Assembly: GCA_963800355.1 (NCBI GenBank)
Contig: CAWDAP010000002.1
Location: 2,608 to 66,607, forward strand
Length of the DNA stretch: 64,000 bases
Source of the DNA: an uncultured Actinomycetes bacterium
Lineage (GTDB): Bacteria; Actinomycetota; Thermoleophilia; Solirubrobacterales; 70-9
Reading direction: 5' to 3'
Below the pieces are notes generated by a model, which did no database searches, was not told the origin of the DNA, and saw only the letters and a program-made list of their open reading frames with translations. Made by a program: the position numbers and the translations under genes. Shown in pieces: positions 1 through 7,202 of the stretch (the stretch's first letter is position 1; every line of letters starts with the position of its first letter).

Positions 1-62
1 TGACGGTCTCCGACTTCCTGCAGATCGCCTACAAGGCGGCCGAGGAAAAGGGCTTCGGCTAG
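1..62 (+). CDS. 3' end of an upstream CDS (partial, product unknown)
   Basis: Open frame enters the window (..TVSDFLQIAYKAAEEKGFG) and ends at TAG 60-62. No family recognisable from 19 aa. Confidence 0.3.
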   Translation, partial: TVSDFLQIAYKAAEEKGFG

Positions 63-123
63 CGACCGGACGAAGAACTCTTGAGGTTTTGCCCGCCGCC
101 GGCGAGGGTACCGTCCCTGCACC

Positions 124-1023
124 GTGCAGGAGACCCGTCTCGCCTGGATCTTCGGTTCGTCTCGGAGCGGCAGCACCTGGCTGTTGAAGATGCTCGCGGA
201 CCTCGAGGGCGTCGTCCCGGTCGACGATCCGCACCTCGGTCATCACCTCGGCGTGTGGCGACCGATTCCGCTCGCCTGGGCCGCCTGCGAGCAGCCGCCG
301 GAGCTGAGCACGCTGCTCGACCTCAAGGCCGAGGAGCCCGGCTACTTCTTCGCCGAGCGGCACCGCGAGGCATGGCGGGAGCCGCTGCGGCAGCTGATCG
401 TCGCGCGCTTCGAGGCACAGGCGGCGGACGCCGGCCTGGCCGACCCCGCCCAGGCGTCGGCCTTCGTCGTCAAGGAGCCGGGATCGCACGTGGCGCCGCT
501 GCTGACCGACCTCTTCCCCGCCTCGAAGCTGATCTTCCTCCTGCGCGACGGCCGCGACGTCGTCGATTCCTGGCTCGACGCCTACAGCGACGGCTCCTGG
601 GCGATCCCCGGCGGCGCCTTCCCGGTCAGCGAGGAGGGGCGGATCCCGCTGATCAGGTGGCTCTCGGCGGTCTGGGCCTACCGCAGCCGCGCCGTCCGCC
701 AGGCCTACCGGGCCCGCGACGAGGGGGACCGGATCCTGATCCGCTACGAGGAGCTGCGGGCCGAGGCCGAGGAGTGGCTCGGCCGGGTCTGCGGGATGAT
801 CGGGATCGACCCGGTGCGGGTCCCGCAGGTGGTCGAAGCCCATCGCTTCGAGCGGCAGCCGCGGGCGGCGCGGGGGCGGCGGCGCTTCATCCGGCAGGCA
901 CGCCCGGGGGGCTGGCGCGAGAATCTCAGCCCGGCCGAGCAGCGGGCGATGCACGAGGCGATGGGCCCGGCCCTGGCCGAGTTCGGCTACGAGGTCGAAG
1001 AGCCGCTCGCGGCGACCGGCTGA
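124..1023 (+). CDS. sulfotransferase family protein
   Basis: GTG start. The N-terminal IFGSSRSGSTWL loop resembles the 5'-PAPS-binding loop. LLRDGRDVVDSW resembles the 3'-phosphate-binding RxxxDxxxS motif of sulfotransferases. Confidence 0.7.
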   Translation: MQETRLAWIFGSSRSGSTWLLKMLADLEGVVPVDDPHLGHHLGVWRPIPLAWAACEQPPELSTLLDLKAEEPGYFFAERHREAWREPLRQLIVARFEAQAADAGLADPAQASAFVVKEPGSHVAPLLTDLFPASKLIFLLRDGRDVVDSWLDAYSDGSWAIPGGAFPVSEEGRIPLIRWLSAVWAYRSRAVRQAYRARDEGDRILIRYEELRAEAEEWLGRVCGMIGIDPVRVPQVVEAHRFERQPRAARGRRRFIRQARPGGWRENLSPAEQRAMHEAMGPALAEFGYEVEEPLAATG

Positions 1024-1264
1024 CGGGCGCCCCGTCGACCCCGAGGCGCACCCAGGCGTGTTCCATCGCGCTAGCTCTCGCTCGGGTGTTTCCCGGCTGA
1101 CACCGGCTACAAACGAAGTTTCGGCCCGTCGGCATGGGGTAATCCGGCCGTCAGGCACAACGACCGCACCGCCGTTTGTGTCGGGAGGCAAACCGCTCAC
1201 TTCTCACGGCGCGAGCACGGAGATTGGGAGAGGCTAAAACCCGATTTTCGAAGCCGGAGGGGAA

Positions 1265-1480
1265 ATGGACACTCAGTCAGCAGGTTCGAGCACGGACGCA
1301 GCAGGCAGCAAGGAGATCCGCAAGCTGGAACTCGGCCCGGCGCTGAAACGCGACCGGTTGCTGCGCCGCGTGGTCGACGCCGGCAAGCGCCTGCCGCAGA
1401 ATTCCCCAAGAAGGCTCGCAAGGCCGCGCGAGGTCCCGGCCGGGTCTGGACGAGCGACGGAGCCAGCCGGCGACGGCTAA
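1265..1480 (+). CDS. small hypothetical protein (71 aa)
   Basis: Strong SD (GGAGGGG) 4 nt before the ATG and fairly high GC3. No recognisable family. Confidence 0.35.
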   Translation: MDTQSAGSSTDAAGSKEIRKLELGPALKRDRLLRRVVDAGKRLPQNSPRRLARPREVPAGSGRATEPAGDG

Positions 1481-1484
1481 GGTC

Positions 1485-2102
1485 CTAACCGGCGTCGCCG
1501 TTCTTCCGCGCCTCCTTCGCCGCCGCCGCGGCCTCCTCCAGCCGCTCGGCCTCGCGCTCGGTCGCCGCCGCCTCCTCCTTCGCCTCGATGCTCTCTTCCT
1601 TGGCCTCGAGCTTCTCGAGCTGGGCGGCCTTGTTCCCTTTGGCTGCGCCGCGCTTGGCTTTGGCGGTCGATTTCGCCGCCCCCTTCTTCTTTTTCGCCTC
1701 GGCCCTTGCGGCCCGCGCCTCGCGTTCGCGGCGGCGCTTCTCGGCTTTGCGCCGGTCCTGCGCGGCCTTGCGCCGGGCTTCGGTCGCCGCTTCGGAGGCT
1801 GCTTCGCCCGCTTCCGCCTGTCGCTCGGAGGCCTCGCGCTCCTGGACCTCGGCCCGCTCACGCAGCTCGGCCGCCCGCTCGCGCTCTTTGGCCGCCAGCA
1901 GCGCGGCGCGGCCTTCCTCCCGCAGCTCATCGTCGCGGAAGAGGATGCCGGTGGCGCTGCGGGCTCCCGCCTCCGCCCGGTCGAGCAGGTGCCTGGCGCT
2001 CGAGTCGGAGCCGCCGAGGGCGCCGAGCGCAACGTCGAGCGGCGTCCGCGCCAGCTTCATCGACGAGTTGAAGATCGTCTTCGAGATCGTCGGCATCGCC
2101 AT
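1485..2102 (-). CDS. hypothetical protein with long E/R/A/K-rich helical (coiled-coil-like) C-terminal region
   Basis: About 60 aa of non-repetitive N-terminus, then a highly charged helix. The start overlaps the stop of the upstream gene (ATGA at 2102), which implies translational coupling. Confidence 0.5.
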   Translation of the reverse strand: MAMPTISKTIFNSSMKLARTPLDVALGALGGSDSSARHLLDRAEAGARSATGILFRDDELREEGRAALLAAKERERAAELRERAEVQEREASERQAEAGEAASEAATEARRKAAQDRRKAEKRRREREARAARAEAKKKKGAAKSTAKAKRGAAKGNKAAQLEKLEAKEESIEAKEEAAATEREAERLEEAAAAAKEARKNGDAG

Positions 2103-2560
2103 CAGCTCTCCTCCTTGGGATCGATCGTCGCGGCGGCCTCTTCGGCCCGGGCAGCTTCGCGCCCGAGCTCGGCGGCCTCGCGGTCAGCCTTGCTCTTCTC
2201 GGCCCCTGCCTCCAGTCGTTTCTCCTGCGCCCGTGCTTCGCCGGCCAGGCGCTCGCGCTCGGCCGCGGCCTTCTCGACCTGCGCCCGCCGGGCGGCCTCG
2301 CGCTCCTCGGCCGCGCGTTTGCGCTCGGCCTCCTCTTCGGCGGCGATCTCCCGCGCCTCCAGCTCGACCTCGCGCCGCTCGGTCTCGGTCTGCGCCCGCT
2401 CGGCCTCGATCTCGGCCTCCTGCTCCGCGCGCTCGGCCTCGCCGGCCCGCTCGGCCGCCTCCGCCGCGGCGTCGGCCTGGACCTCCTGCAGGCGTCCCTC
2501 GCGCTCCAGCTCCTCGCGCCCGAACGCCGACCCCGCCAGCTTCTTCACCCGACCGACCAC
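2102..2560 (-). CDS. CsbD-like stress-protein N-terminus fused to E/A/R-rich coiled coil
   Basis: The N-terminus GRVKKLAGSAFGREELEREGRLQ resembles the CsbD motif (G.vKe.aG...l..eG). The rest is charged helix. The start codon is uncertain (see the finding on the upstream SD+TTG). Confidence 0.45.
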   Translation of the reverse strand: MVGRVKKLAGSAFGREELEREGRLQEVQADAAAEAAERAGEAERAEQEAEIEAERAQTETERREVELEAREIAAEEEAERKRAAEEREAARRAQVEKAAAERERLAGEARAQEKRLEAGAEKSKADREAAELGREAARAEEAAATIDPKEES

Positions 2561-2720
2561 CTTGCCCAGGGGCCGCCGGCGATCTGCTCCTGCTCGCTCA
2601 AAGCCGGTTCTCCTTTCGCATCTCGGTCTCTCTGCGGTCTCTCTGTGCCATCCAGTCCCAGCTACCCGAACGCGAGTTCGAGCGAACCGTGCGCGCGGTC
2701 ACATTCGGCGCCTGCGAGTC

Positions 2721-2768
2721 CGGCGTTCGTCCTTTGTCCCTCGCCCCGGGTACAAAGGACGAACGCCG
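2721..2768 (-). terminator. 17-bp perfect stem hairpin just downstream of the eRF1-like gene
   Basis: CGGCGTTCGTCCTTTGT ... ACAAAGGACGAACGCCG, read directly from the sequence. It lies 15 nt after the stop at 2783. Confidence 0.6.
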
Positions 2769-2782
2769 CGGCTGGATCGCGG

Positions 2783-3877
2783 CTAATAGCGGAGGATCGC
2801 GGCGACGCCCTCGGCCTCGGCCAGCGGCTCGGCGAGCTCGTCGCGGACGATCGTCACCTCGGCGCTGCCGGCGAGGGCGGCGCGGATCAGCCCCTCGGCG
2901 TCGGCGTCGATCGCCGCATCGAAGACGAGGTGATCGACCCGGCCTTCGCGCAGGGCCTCGCTGGTCTCCTGCAGCCCTGCGGAGCCGTGGCTGCCGCCCT
3001 TCGCCTCGTCCAGCGCCCGTTCTACGAGCGTCCGGTCACGGTCGTTGTCGAGGCGCTCGATCGCCGCGGCGACCACCTCGCTCAGCTTCCCCTTCGGGGT
3101 CGAGATCAGGTCCATCTCGCCGCCGAGCTCCGGCTTCGCCTTGGCCGAGCCGAAGCCGGCGTTGAAGGCCTCGACGTCTTTCAGCGGGCCGAAGACGACG
3201 ATCTGCTCGAGGCCGTTCTCCTCCAGGGCGCGGGCGGCGAGTCCGCCGCACGCGTGGAGGAAGCGCTGGCGGTTGTGTTCCAGCCGTTCGTCGTACTGGT
3301 CGTGCCCGGAAGCGCTGACGCCCTGGGCGCGGGCGGGGTTGTCGGTGCTCTGCGATTTGCGCTCGCGCCAGTCGAGGCTGGTGACGCTCAGCTCCCAGTC
3401 CTGGAGCTCGTCGAGGGCGCCTTCGGCGCAGCGCAGCAGCCGCACCCGCTCGGACGAGAGCAGGGCGACCCCGCGGGCGGCGCCGCGGCAGCAGAGGGCG
3501 AGCACCGGCGCGACCGCCGGCTCGGGGCCGAACTCGACGCAGGCGTCGGCGACCGGGGCCGTCCCGGTGCCCCACCAGCGCTCGCCGCCCTCCTTCTCGG
3601 CAACCTCGACGAAGCCGACTTCGCCGCGCGGCGGCGGCCGCAGGTCGCCGTCCTCGAAGCGGTCGAGGACCCGCTTCGCCGTCGCCCGCAGCGCCACCCG
3701 CAGGTCGTGCTCGGCTTCCTTGTGGGCGTCGAGGATCGCCTCGAGCCCGTTGCGCAGCTCGGTCCGCCAGGCGCCGGTGCGGTCGGCCGGGTCGAAGCCG
3801 AGGTAGACGGAGAGGACGCCCAGCTCGGGGCGCCATTCGCTTGCTTCGCGCACTTCCTGCAGAGACGGCTGGCTCAT
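2783..3877 (-). CDS. eRF1-like protein (bacterial archaeo-eukaryotic release-factor / Vms1-Ankzf1-type peptidyl-tRNA hydrolase family)
   Basis: 364 aa. The overall pattern matches this family. It has a central region with conserved Gln/Gly-rich loop (SQSTDNPARAQGVSASGHDQY) and an eRF1 domain-3-like C-terminus (GLQETSEALREGRVDHLVF...VAAILRY). Confidence 0.55.
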   Translation of the reverse strand: MSQPSLQEVREASEWRPELGVLSVYLGFDPADRTGAWRTELRNGLEAILDAHKEAEHDLRVALRATAKRVLDRFEDGDLRPPPRGEVGFVEVAEKEGGERWWGTGTAPVADACVEFGPEPAVAPVLALCCRGAARGVALLSSERVRLLRCAEGALDELQDWELSVTSLDWRERKSQSTDNPARAQGVSASGHDQYDERLEHNRQRFLHACGGLAARALEENGLEQIVVFGPLKDVEAFNAGFGSAKAKPELGGEMDLISTPKGKLSEVVAAAIERLDNDRDRTLVERALDEAKGGSHGSAGLQETSEALREGRVDHLVFDAAIDADAEGLIRAALAGSAEVTIVRDELAEPLAEAEGVAAILRY

Positions 3878-3964
3878 CGACTCATCCTCCTAACTCGGGT
3901 GCGCCTCGCCTACCCCGCCGGCTCGGGGTGAAAAACCGCCGGCAGGGTAGGGACGGGCATGGGA

Positions 3965-4134
3965 CTAAGTGACTATCCGAAGACCCGCGCGTGCGGCTGG
4001 CGAGGGCCGCACCTAGCGGGGGTAGGACGCAGGGAGGCCCAATGGCAGCGCCATTTGGCCGACCGAGGACGACGCCCCGCGAAGTGTGTGCGGCGCCGCC
4101 AGGCGTGCGTGGGGGTTTTCGGATCGTCGCTAAG
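3965..4134. repeat. MITE-like palindromic element, type A (copy 1)
   Basis: About 170 bp with terminal inverted repeats (CTAAGTGACTATCCGAAgACCC ... GGGGTTTTCGGATcGTCgCTAAG) and an internal long imperfect palindrome. A near-identical inverted copy sits at 45371-45538. Confidence 0.8.
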
Positions 4135-4302
4135 GACCTATCCCGATAGGGGCGTGCCCGTGGGACGGTTCAGGACCAAGCGGGGCGGTCACGGCGCGGA
4201 TTCCGCGTGGCAGCGCCACGTGGGATTCGCGACGGGGCCGAATCCGCGCCGGTCCTGAACCGTATCCAGGGGTGCGACTTCCCTATCGGGATAGGTCCTA
4301 AG
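4130..4302. repeat. MITE-like palindromic element, type B
   Basis: Ends are CTAAGGACCTATCCCGATAGGG ... CCCTATCGGGATAGGTCCTAAG. Nested internal inverted repeats are ACGGTTCAGGACC/GGTCCTGAACCGT and GGCGCGGATTC/GAATCCGCGCC. It abuts element A. Confidence 0.75.
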
Positions 4303-4450
4303 ACTTGATACGCCGATTCCCGGGCCGCCCCGACCCGATCCGCGGCCGCCTTCGCCCGGACCGGAGCCGGGACCGCCGGCGCCGCCCGAGCCCGACCCGG
4401 CGCCGCCGCGGCCCGACCCGGGGCCGGCGGAACCGCAGCCGCCGCTCGAC

Positions 4451-4492
4451 CCGCCGGCGCCGCACCCGCCGGCGCCGCACCCGCCGGCGCCG
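4451..4492. repeat. 15-bp tandem repeat (2.8 units of CCGCCGGCGCCGCAC)
   Basis: Read directly from the sequence. It lies in the non-coding tail just 3' of the MIP channel gene. Confidence 0.8.
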
Positions 4493-4503
4493 GAGATCGC
4501 CGT

Positions 4504-5247
4504 CTAGACGACCGCCTCGGCTTCCTCGTGCGGGAACACCGCATCGGCCGCCTCGGCGGCGGTCAGCTCCGGGTAGAGCGTCCGGATCAAGCCGATCGCC
4601 AGGCCGGCGCCGACCAGCTGCGCGACGACGAAGCCGGGAACCGAGGCGGGGGCGATCCCGGCGAAGGTGTCGGAGAAGATCCGCCCGACGTCGATCGCCG
4701 GGTTGGCGAAGCTGGTCGAGCTGGTGAAGAAGTAGGCGGCGCCGATGTAGGCGCCGACCGCGGCGGGCGCCAGCTCGCCGCGGCGGGTGCGGGCGAGGGA
4801 GAAGATCACCAGCAGCAGCCCGATGGTGGCGATCACCTCGGCAAGCAGGTGAGGCGGCGAGGCGCGGTGATGGGTCGAGATGCTGATCGCCGCCAGCGAG
4901 AACATCGCGTTGGCGAGGACGGCGCCGGCGATGCAGCCGCCGACCTGGGCGGGGAGGTAGGCGAGCGCATCGCGGGGCCGCAGGCCCCCGAAGGCCGCGT
5001 CGACCAGGGAGACGACCGGGTTGAAGTGGGCGCCGGAGACCGGCCCGAACATGAGGATGAAGGTGAAGAGCCCGGCCGCCGTCGCCGCCGCGTTCTCGAA
5101 CAGCTGCAGCCCGGTGTCCCCCGGCGAGAGCGAGGCGGCGGCGATCCCCGAGCCGATCACGGTCATCGCCAGGAAGGCCGAGCCGAGGAACTCGGCCAGC
5201 AGGCGCCTGGGGAGCGGGGCGACATCCATCGCCGCCACCCTATCCAT
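4504..5247 (-). CDS. MIP-family channel (aquaglyceroporin, likely arsenite-conducting AqpS-like)
   Basis: Two NPA boxes (SGAHFNPVVS and SFANPAID), six hydrophobic segments, and divergent placement from arsR-arsC. Confidence 0.85.
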   Translation of the reverse strand: MDRVAAMDVAPLPRRLLAEFLGSAFLAMTVIGSGIAAASLSPGDTGLQLFENAAATAAGLFTFILMFGPVSGAHFNPVVSLVDAAFGGLRPRDALAYLPAQVGGCIAGAVLANAMFSLAAISISTHHRASPPHLLAEVIATIGLLLVIFSLARTRRGELAPAAVGAYIGAAYFFTSSTSFANPAIDVGRIFSDTFAGIAPASVPGFVVAQLVGAGLAIGLIRTLYPELTAAEAADAVFPHEEAEAVV

Positions 5248-5282
5248 TGACAGGTATCACTTCAATAGATATATGTGAATAG
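5247..5282 (+). promoter_or_regulatory. divergent ars promoter/operator; arsR probably leaderless
   Basis: This is the only AT-rich stretch in the neighbourhood. TTGACA sits at 5247-5252, followed by a 17-nt spacer and TATATG at 5270-5275, which is 7 nt before the arsR ATG at 5283. An imperfect dyad TCAC-N16-GTGA lies between the two hexamers. Confidence 0.45.
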
Positions 5283-5675
5283 ATGACCGTCGAGCTGGAG
5301 CTGGCACCGAAGACGAAGCGGGCCGCGGGCGAGTGCTGCTCGGAGCCGCTCCTGCATCCGGACGTCTCGCCCGAGCGGGCGGACCGGATGGCGGCGGTCG
5401 CCAAGGCGCTTGGCGACCCGATCCGGCTGCAGCTCGTCGACGTCCTGCGCAAGCACGCCGGCAAGGTCTGCGTCTGCGACCTCGTCCCCCTCTTCGACCT
5501 CTCCCAGCCGACCGTCTCCCACCACCTCAAGGTCCTGCGCGAGGCCAGCGTCGTCGCCTCCGAGCGCCGCGGCCTCTGGGCCTACTACTACGTCATCCCC
5601 GGCGCGCTGGAGGAGCTCGGCGCCTGGCTGCCCGGCTGCTGCGCGCCGGAGTCGTGCGACTGCGAGCGCGCCTGA
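5283..5675 (+). CDS. arsR: ArsR/SmtB-family metalloregulator
   Basis: wHTH region (DPIRLQLVDVLR...VCVCDLVPLFDLSQPTVSHHLKVLREA) with the CVCDL As(III)-binding motif, plus a Cys-rich C-terminal tail. Confidence 0.85.
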   Translation: MTVELELAPKTKRAAGECCSEPLLHPDVSPERADRMAAVAKALGDPIRLQLVDVLRKHAGKVCVCDLVPLFDLSQPTVSHHLKVLREASVVASERRGLWAYYYVIPGALEELGAWLPGCCAPESCDCERA

Positions 5676-6073
5676 TGGCCAACGCCCTCTTCGTCTGCCT
5701 ACACAACGCCGGCCGCTCGCAGATGAGCCAGGCGCTGTTCGAACGCGCCGCGGCCGGCCGCCACGGCGCCCGCTCGGCCGGCACGACCCCCGGCGAGCAC
5801 GTCCACCCCGAGGTCGCCGAGGCGATGCGCGAGTTGGGGATCGAGATCGGCGAGCGCAAGCCGCGCCTGCTCACCACCGCCGACGCCGAGTGGGCCGACG
5901 TCGTGGTGACGATGGGCTGCGGCGACAAGTGCCCCTACATCCCCGGCCGCCGCTACCTCGACTGGGACCTGCCCGACCCGAAGGGCCAGTCGCTCGACGC
6001 GGTGCGGGCGACCCGCGACGAGATCGCCCGCCGCGTCGAGTCGCTGGTCACCGAACTCGACGCGGGTGGTTGA
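5675..6073 (+). CDS. arsC: arsenate reductase, LMW-PTPase (thioredoxin-coupled) type
   Basis: CX5R P-loop (CLHNAGRS) and a downstream Cys pair (GCGDKCP). The ATG overlaps the arsR stop (TGATG). Confidence 0.85.
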   Translation: MANALFVCLHNAGRSQMSQALFERAAAGRHGARSAGTTPGEHVHPEVAEAMRELGIEIGERKPRLLTTADAEWADVVVTMGCGDKCPYIPGRRYLDWDLPDPKGQSLDAVRATRDEIARRVESLVTELDAGG

Positions 6074-6110
6074 GCTTCGGCCTCCTATAGAGGCCGAAGC
6101 TCAACCACCC
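6064..6110 (+). terminator. 21-bp perfect stem / 5-nt loop hairpin overlapping the arsC stop
   Basis: GGGTGGTTGAGCTTCGGCCTC-CTATA-GAGGCCGAAGCTCAACCACCC. Confidence 0.6.
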
Positions 6111-6149
6111 GCCATTTCAGTCGGCGCCCGCGTAGCGGAGCGAACCTCG

Positions 6150-6251
6150 GTGAGCAAAGGCGAAACGCTGCGCCTGCACACCATCTACAACAACACGATG
6201 GGGATGCCGATCGGCAACGCGATGGGCATCATGATCGCCTACTTCGGCTAG
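6150..6251 (+). pseudogene. C-terminal remnant of an unidentified gene
   Basis: A short frame with gene-like GC3 (..SKGETLRLHTIYNNTMGMPIGNAMGIMIAYFG*). It has no plausible full-length N-terminus and begins right after the arsC hairpin. Confidence 0.3.
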
Positions 6252-6335
6252 CTCGAAGACAGCGTCGCGGCACCGGAGCCGGCCCGTCGGGGCCGGCTCT
6301 TTTCGGTGCCCGCCGCGGTCGCTGAAGCGACTGGC

Positions 6336-7202
6336 TTAGAGCGACGCCTCGCCACCGAGTACGGTTTCGGTGCGGCCGCCGACCCAGATCGTCCCGTCCT
6401 CGTCCTGGTCGATCTTGACCCGGCCGGCGCGGCCGATCGCGCTGCCCTGGGTGGCGAGGTAAGGGGCGGCGAGGCGACCGCTGCCGAGCAGCCACTGCGC
6501 GAGCGAGGCGTTGAGGCTGCCGGTCACCGGGTCCTCGGCGGCGACGCCGTCGATCGGGAAGAAGGCGCGCACCTCGATCGCCGCCTCCGAGCCGCGGCGG
6601 TGGAAGCCGACGACGCCGAGGTCGAGGTCGAGGTGGCGGGGCCGCGGCAGCTCCAGCACCCGCTCGGCGCTCTCGAGCAGGACGGCGATCCAGCCGGGCC
6701 CGTTGTCGACCCACTCGACCGCGAGCATCTCGGCCGGGTCGATGTCCAGCGCCGCCGCGACCCGCGCCGCCTCCTCCGCCGAGGCGGGGCCGGAGCGCAC
6801 CAGCGGTGGCGCCGCGAACGAGAACGCACTAACTGCCGCTATGCGGAGAGAACTGCGTTCTCGACCCTCCAAACGGCGGATCCGCACCAGCCCGGCGCCG
6901 CACTCCTGGACCACCTCGCCGGGATCGCGCGCCTCTCCCCCGCCCTCCAGCCAGGCGTGGCAGGTGCCGAGCGTCGGGTGCCCGGCGAAGGGCAACTCCA
7001 GCGCCGGAGTGAAGATGCGGACCCGGTAGTCGGCCTGCGGATCGCTCGGCAACAGCACGAACGTCGTCTCCGAGAGGTTGGTCCAGCGGGCGAACCGCTG
7101 CATCTCCTCGCCCGACATCCCCTCGGCGTCGAGCACCACCGCGACCGGGTTCCCCGTGCACGGCCCGCTGCCGAAGACGTCGACCTGGGCGAAGCGGCGC
7201 AT
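6336..7202 (-). CDS. PhzF-family isomerase-like protein
   Basis: [30 protein letters not shown]...WTNLSETTFV...IFTPALELPFAGHPTLGT is the typical PhzF/DAP-epimerase-fold signature. The ATG overlaps the upstream stop (TGATG). Confidence 0.8.
   Translation of the reverse strand: MRRFAQVDVFGSGPCTGNPVAVVLDAEGMSGEEMQRFARWTNLSETTFVLLPSDPQADYRVRIFTPALELPFAGHPTLGTCHAWLEGGGEARDPGEVVQECGAGLVRIRRLEGRERSSLRIAAVSAFSFAAPPLVRSGPASAEEAARVAAALDIDPAEMLAVEWVDNGPGWIAVLLESAERVLELPRPRHLDLDLGVVGFHRRGSEAAIEVRAFFPIDGVAAEDPVTGSLNASLAQWLLGSGRLAAPYLATQGSAIGRAGRVKIDQDEDGTIWVGGRTETVLGGEASL

Noticed and set aside
3959-4258. 99-aa ORF inside the MITE elements
   Set aside because: It lies entirely within the palindromic repeats. 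The same sequence occurs inverted at 45.4 kb, where that frame is not maintained, so it is an artefact of repeat sequence.
4305-4500. Arg/Pro-rich ORFs and a proline-rich frame (..PPAPHPPAPHPPAPEIAV*) over the 15-bp tandem repeat; I also considered a mini CRISPR-like array
   Set aside because: The proline-rich frame has no usable start codon, since a TAG lies immediately upstream inside element B. The repeat units are contiguous with no spacers, so this is not a CRISPR array. I interpret it as a non-coding GC-rich tandem repeat.
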